Shown here: piece after piece, positions 31,118-32,000 of the stretch
Layout of the letters: each line of letters starts with the position of its first letter
How positions within the stretch are numbered: position 1 is the first letter of the stretch
Source: an uncultured archaeon
Lineage (GTDB): Archaea; Iainarchaeota; Iainarchaeia; Iainarchaeales; 0-14-0-20-30-16
DNA: 32,000 bases
Assembly: GCA_964480435.1 (NCBI GenBank)
Contig: CAYZSS010000006.1
Coordinates: forward strand, 3,399 to 35,398
Direction: 5' to 3'
Notes under the pieces: generated by a model
What the model was told of the DNA's origin: nothing
Databases searched by the model: none
The model's input: only the letters and a program-made list of their open reading frames with translations
Made by a program: the position numbers and the translations under genes

Positions 31118-31280
31118 ATTTCTTCTTTAACATTGGTAATCCAGTTCTTTGATTTTCTACTACTTTGTATCCTACTGGTAATTCAATTCCTAACTTAGGA
31201 TCTTTTGAAAAGTAGAATAACCTTCCTTTTTGATGTAAATAATATGTTAATCCTTTACTATTTTTATGACTATATCCCAT
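31116..31280 (-). CDS. Unlisted 54-aa small basic protein (conserved-looking; function unknown)
   Basis: My translation is MGYSHKNSKGLTYYLHQKGRLFYFSKDPKLGIELPVGYKVVENQRTGLPMLKKK*. GGAGG (plus-strand 31289-31293) lies 8 nt upstream of the ATG, and a hairpin plus T-run lies at the stop. The pattern KG..YYLH....LYFFSK.....LP.GY.V.EN.RTGLP.LKK resembles small proteins I recall from archaea and uncultured lineages, but I cannot name the family. The track ORF at 31247..31480 (-) is a different frame. Confidence 0.55.
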   Translation of the reverse strand: MGYSHKNSKGLTYYLHQKGRLFYFSKDPKLGIELPVGYKVVENQRTGLPMLKKK

Positions 31281-31369
31281 TGAGAATTCCTCCGTAATTG
31301 TTTACGTATAAAATACTTCGTATTCCTTAATAAACTTATCGCTTTTTTATTCATAATTATGAAGAAACG

Positions 31370-32000
31370 GTGGTAACTTTGAAGGTATATAACTCTCTCA
31401 GCAAAAAAGAAACCCCGCTCAGATTGGGAAAAGAGGTAAAAATGTATACCTGTGGGCCCACTGTTTACAATTATGCGCACATAGGCAATATAAGAACCTT
31501 TATTTTTGGTGATTTAGTTTACAAATATCTGAAATATAAAGGTTATAAAATTAAATATGTAAGGAATTACACTGATATTGACGATAAAACTATAAAAGGA
31601 AGCATAGAAAAAAATCAAAGTTTGGAAGAATATACTAATTTTTACATAAAAGAATTTGAAAAAGATTGTGCACTTATTAGACTAAGTGACCCTGATGTGA
31701 AACCAAGGCCTACAAAAATCATAAAAGACATTGTAGATTTTATTAATGACCTTATACAATCAGAATATGCTTACAAAGCAGAGGATGGCTCTACCTATTT
31801 TAATATTTCTAAATGTAAAAATTATGGGCAACTTAATAATATTAAATATAAAGAACTAAAGAAAGGGGCAAGCAATAGGTTAAATTTAGATGAATACGAA
31901 AAAGAGAGCGCCTCGGATTTTGTATTATGGAAAGCCTGGAAACCAGAAGATGGCCCTGTTTTTTGGAACACTTCTTTGGGAAAAGGAAGACCTGGCTGGC
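31370..32000 (+). CDS. cysS: Cysteinyl-tRNA synthetase, N-terminal part (continues beyond the window); non-ATG start
   Basis: This frame is not in the ORF track because it has no stop in the window. The translation is (M)[54 protein letters not shown]...[28 protein letters not shown]. HIGN is the class I HIGH motif, and the terminal GRPGW begins the CysS GRPGWHIECS block. The frame opens at 31334 and has no ATG before the conserved LKVYNSL. The start is therefore the GTG at 31370 or the TTG at 31379. Confidence 0.88.
   Translation, partial: [210 protein letters not shown]

Noticed and set aside
31116-31280. 54-aa ORF as a RiPP precursor for the adjacent SPASM radical SAM
   Set aside because: A terminator hairpin with a T-run follows the ORF, and the radical SAM gene has its own TATA box, so the two are likely separate transcripts. 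The peptide lacks a Cys/Ser/Thr-rich core or a repeat and looks like a small folded basic protein.
31247-31480. 77-aa minus-strand ORF
   Set aside because: Its 5' half is antisense to the clearly real cysS N-terminus, including the HIGH region. Its 3' end is an alternative frame of the 54-aa ORF, which has the SD and the terminator.

Overview
AT-rich (about 30% GC by eye), gene-dense archaeal chromosome segment. I saw no rRNA, tRNA, CRISPR array, transposase or integrase. Archaeal origin is supported by three things: a PolD operon (DP1 + DP2) followed by endonuclease III and an Mj-type Ogg glycosylase; TrmB- and Lrp/AsnC-type regulators; and TATA-like boxes centred about 24-29 nt upstream of most first-gene start codons (leaderless geometry). 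Giant surface proteins, isolated metabolic genes and strongly Lys/Asn/Ile-biased proteins suggest a small-genome DPANN-like archaeon, but that is inference only. The window holds these genes:
- a 5'-truncated CARDB-repeat surface protein
- a Bud23-like methyltransferase
- purF
- three paralogous TrmB regulators and two paralogous tandem-Lrp regulators, each divergently paired with a target gene (AsnRS-like asparagine-synthetase-type enzyme + GNAT, two orphan LivJ-type binding proteins, a Na+/solute symporter, a B12-binding radical SAM enzyme)
- a DUF4143-type AAA ATPase
- a 1376-aa membrane-anchored protein fusing a transglutaminase-like core to a C25/gingipain-like peptidase domain
- the PolD-nth-ogg operon
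- a SPASM/twitch-like radical SAM enzyme
- the 5' part of cysS
The leads most worth a second look:
1. A compositionally atypical orphan block at 19.3-21.2 kb. Its last two ORFs overlap by 1 nt just after a G7 tract that is also a phased G_GGG_GGG slippery heptamer. One extra G, or a -1 slip, fuses them into a signal-anchored, beta-strand-rich protein.
2. The TGase-C25 fusion giant.
3. Three small ORFs below the 60-aa track threshold. A 53-aa RHH-like ORF overlaps the symporter start by ATGA. A 41-aa ORF sits just upstream of the B12-radical SAM gene. A 54-aa basic protein has a GGAGG site and a terminator hairpin.
4. Palindromic or duplicated candidate operators in the regulator intergenic regions.
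All family calls come from motif recognition by eye. No database search was possible.
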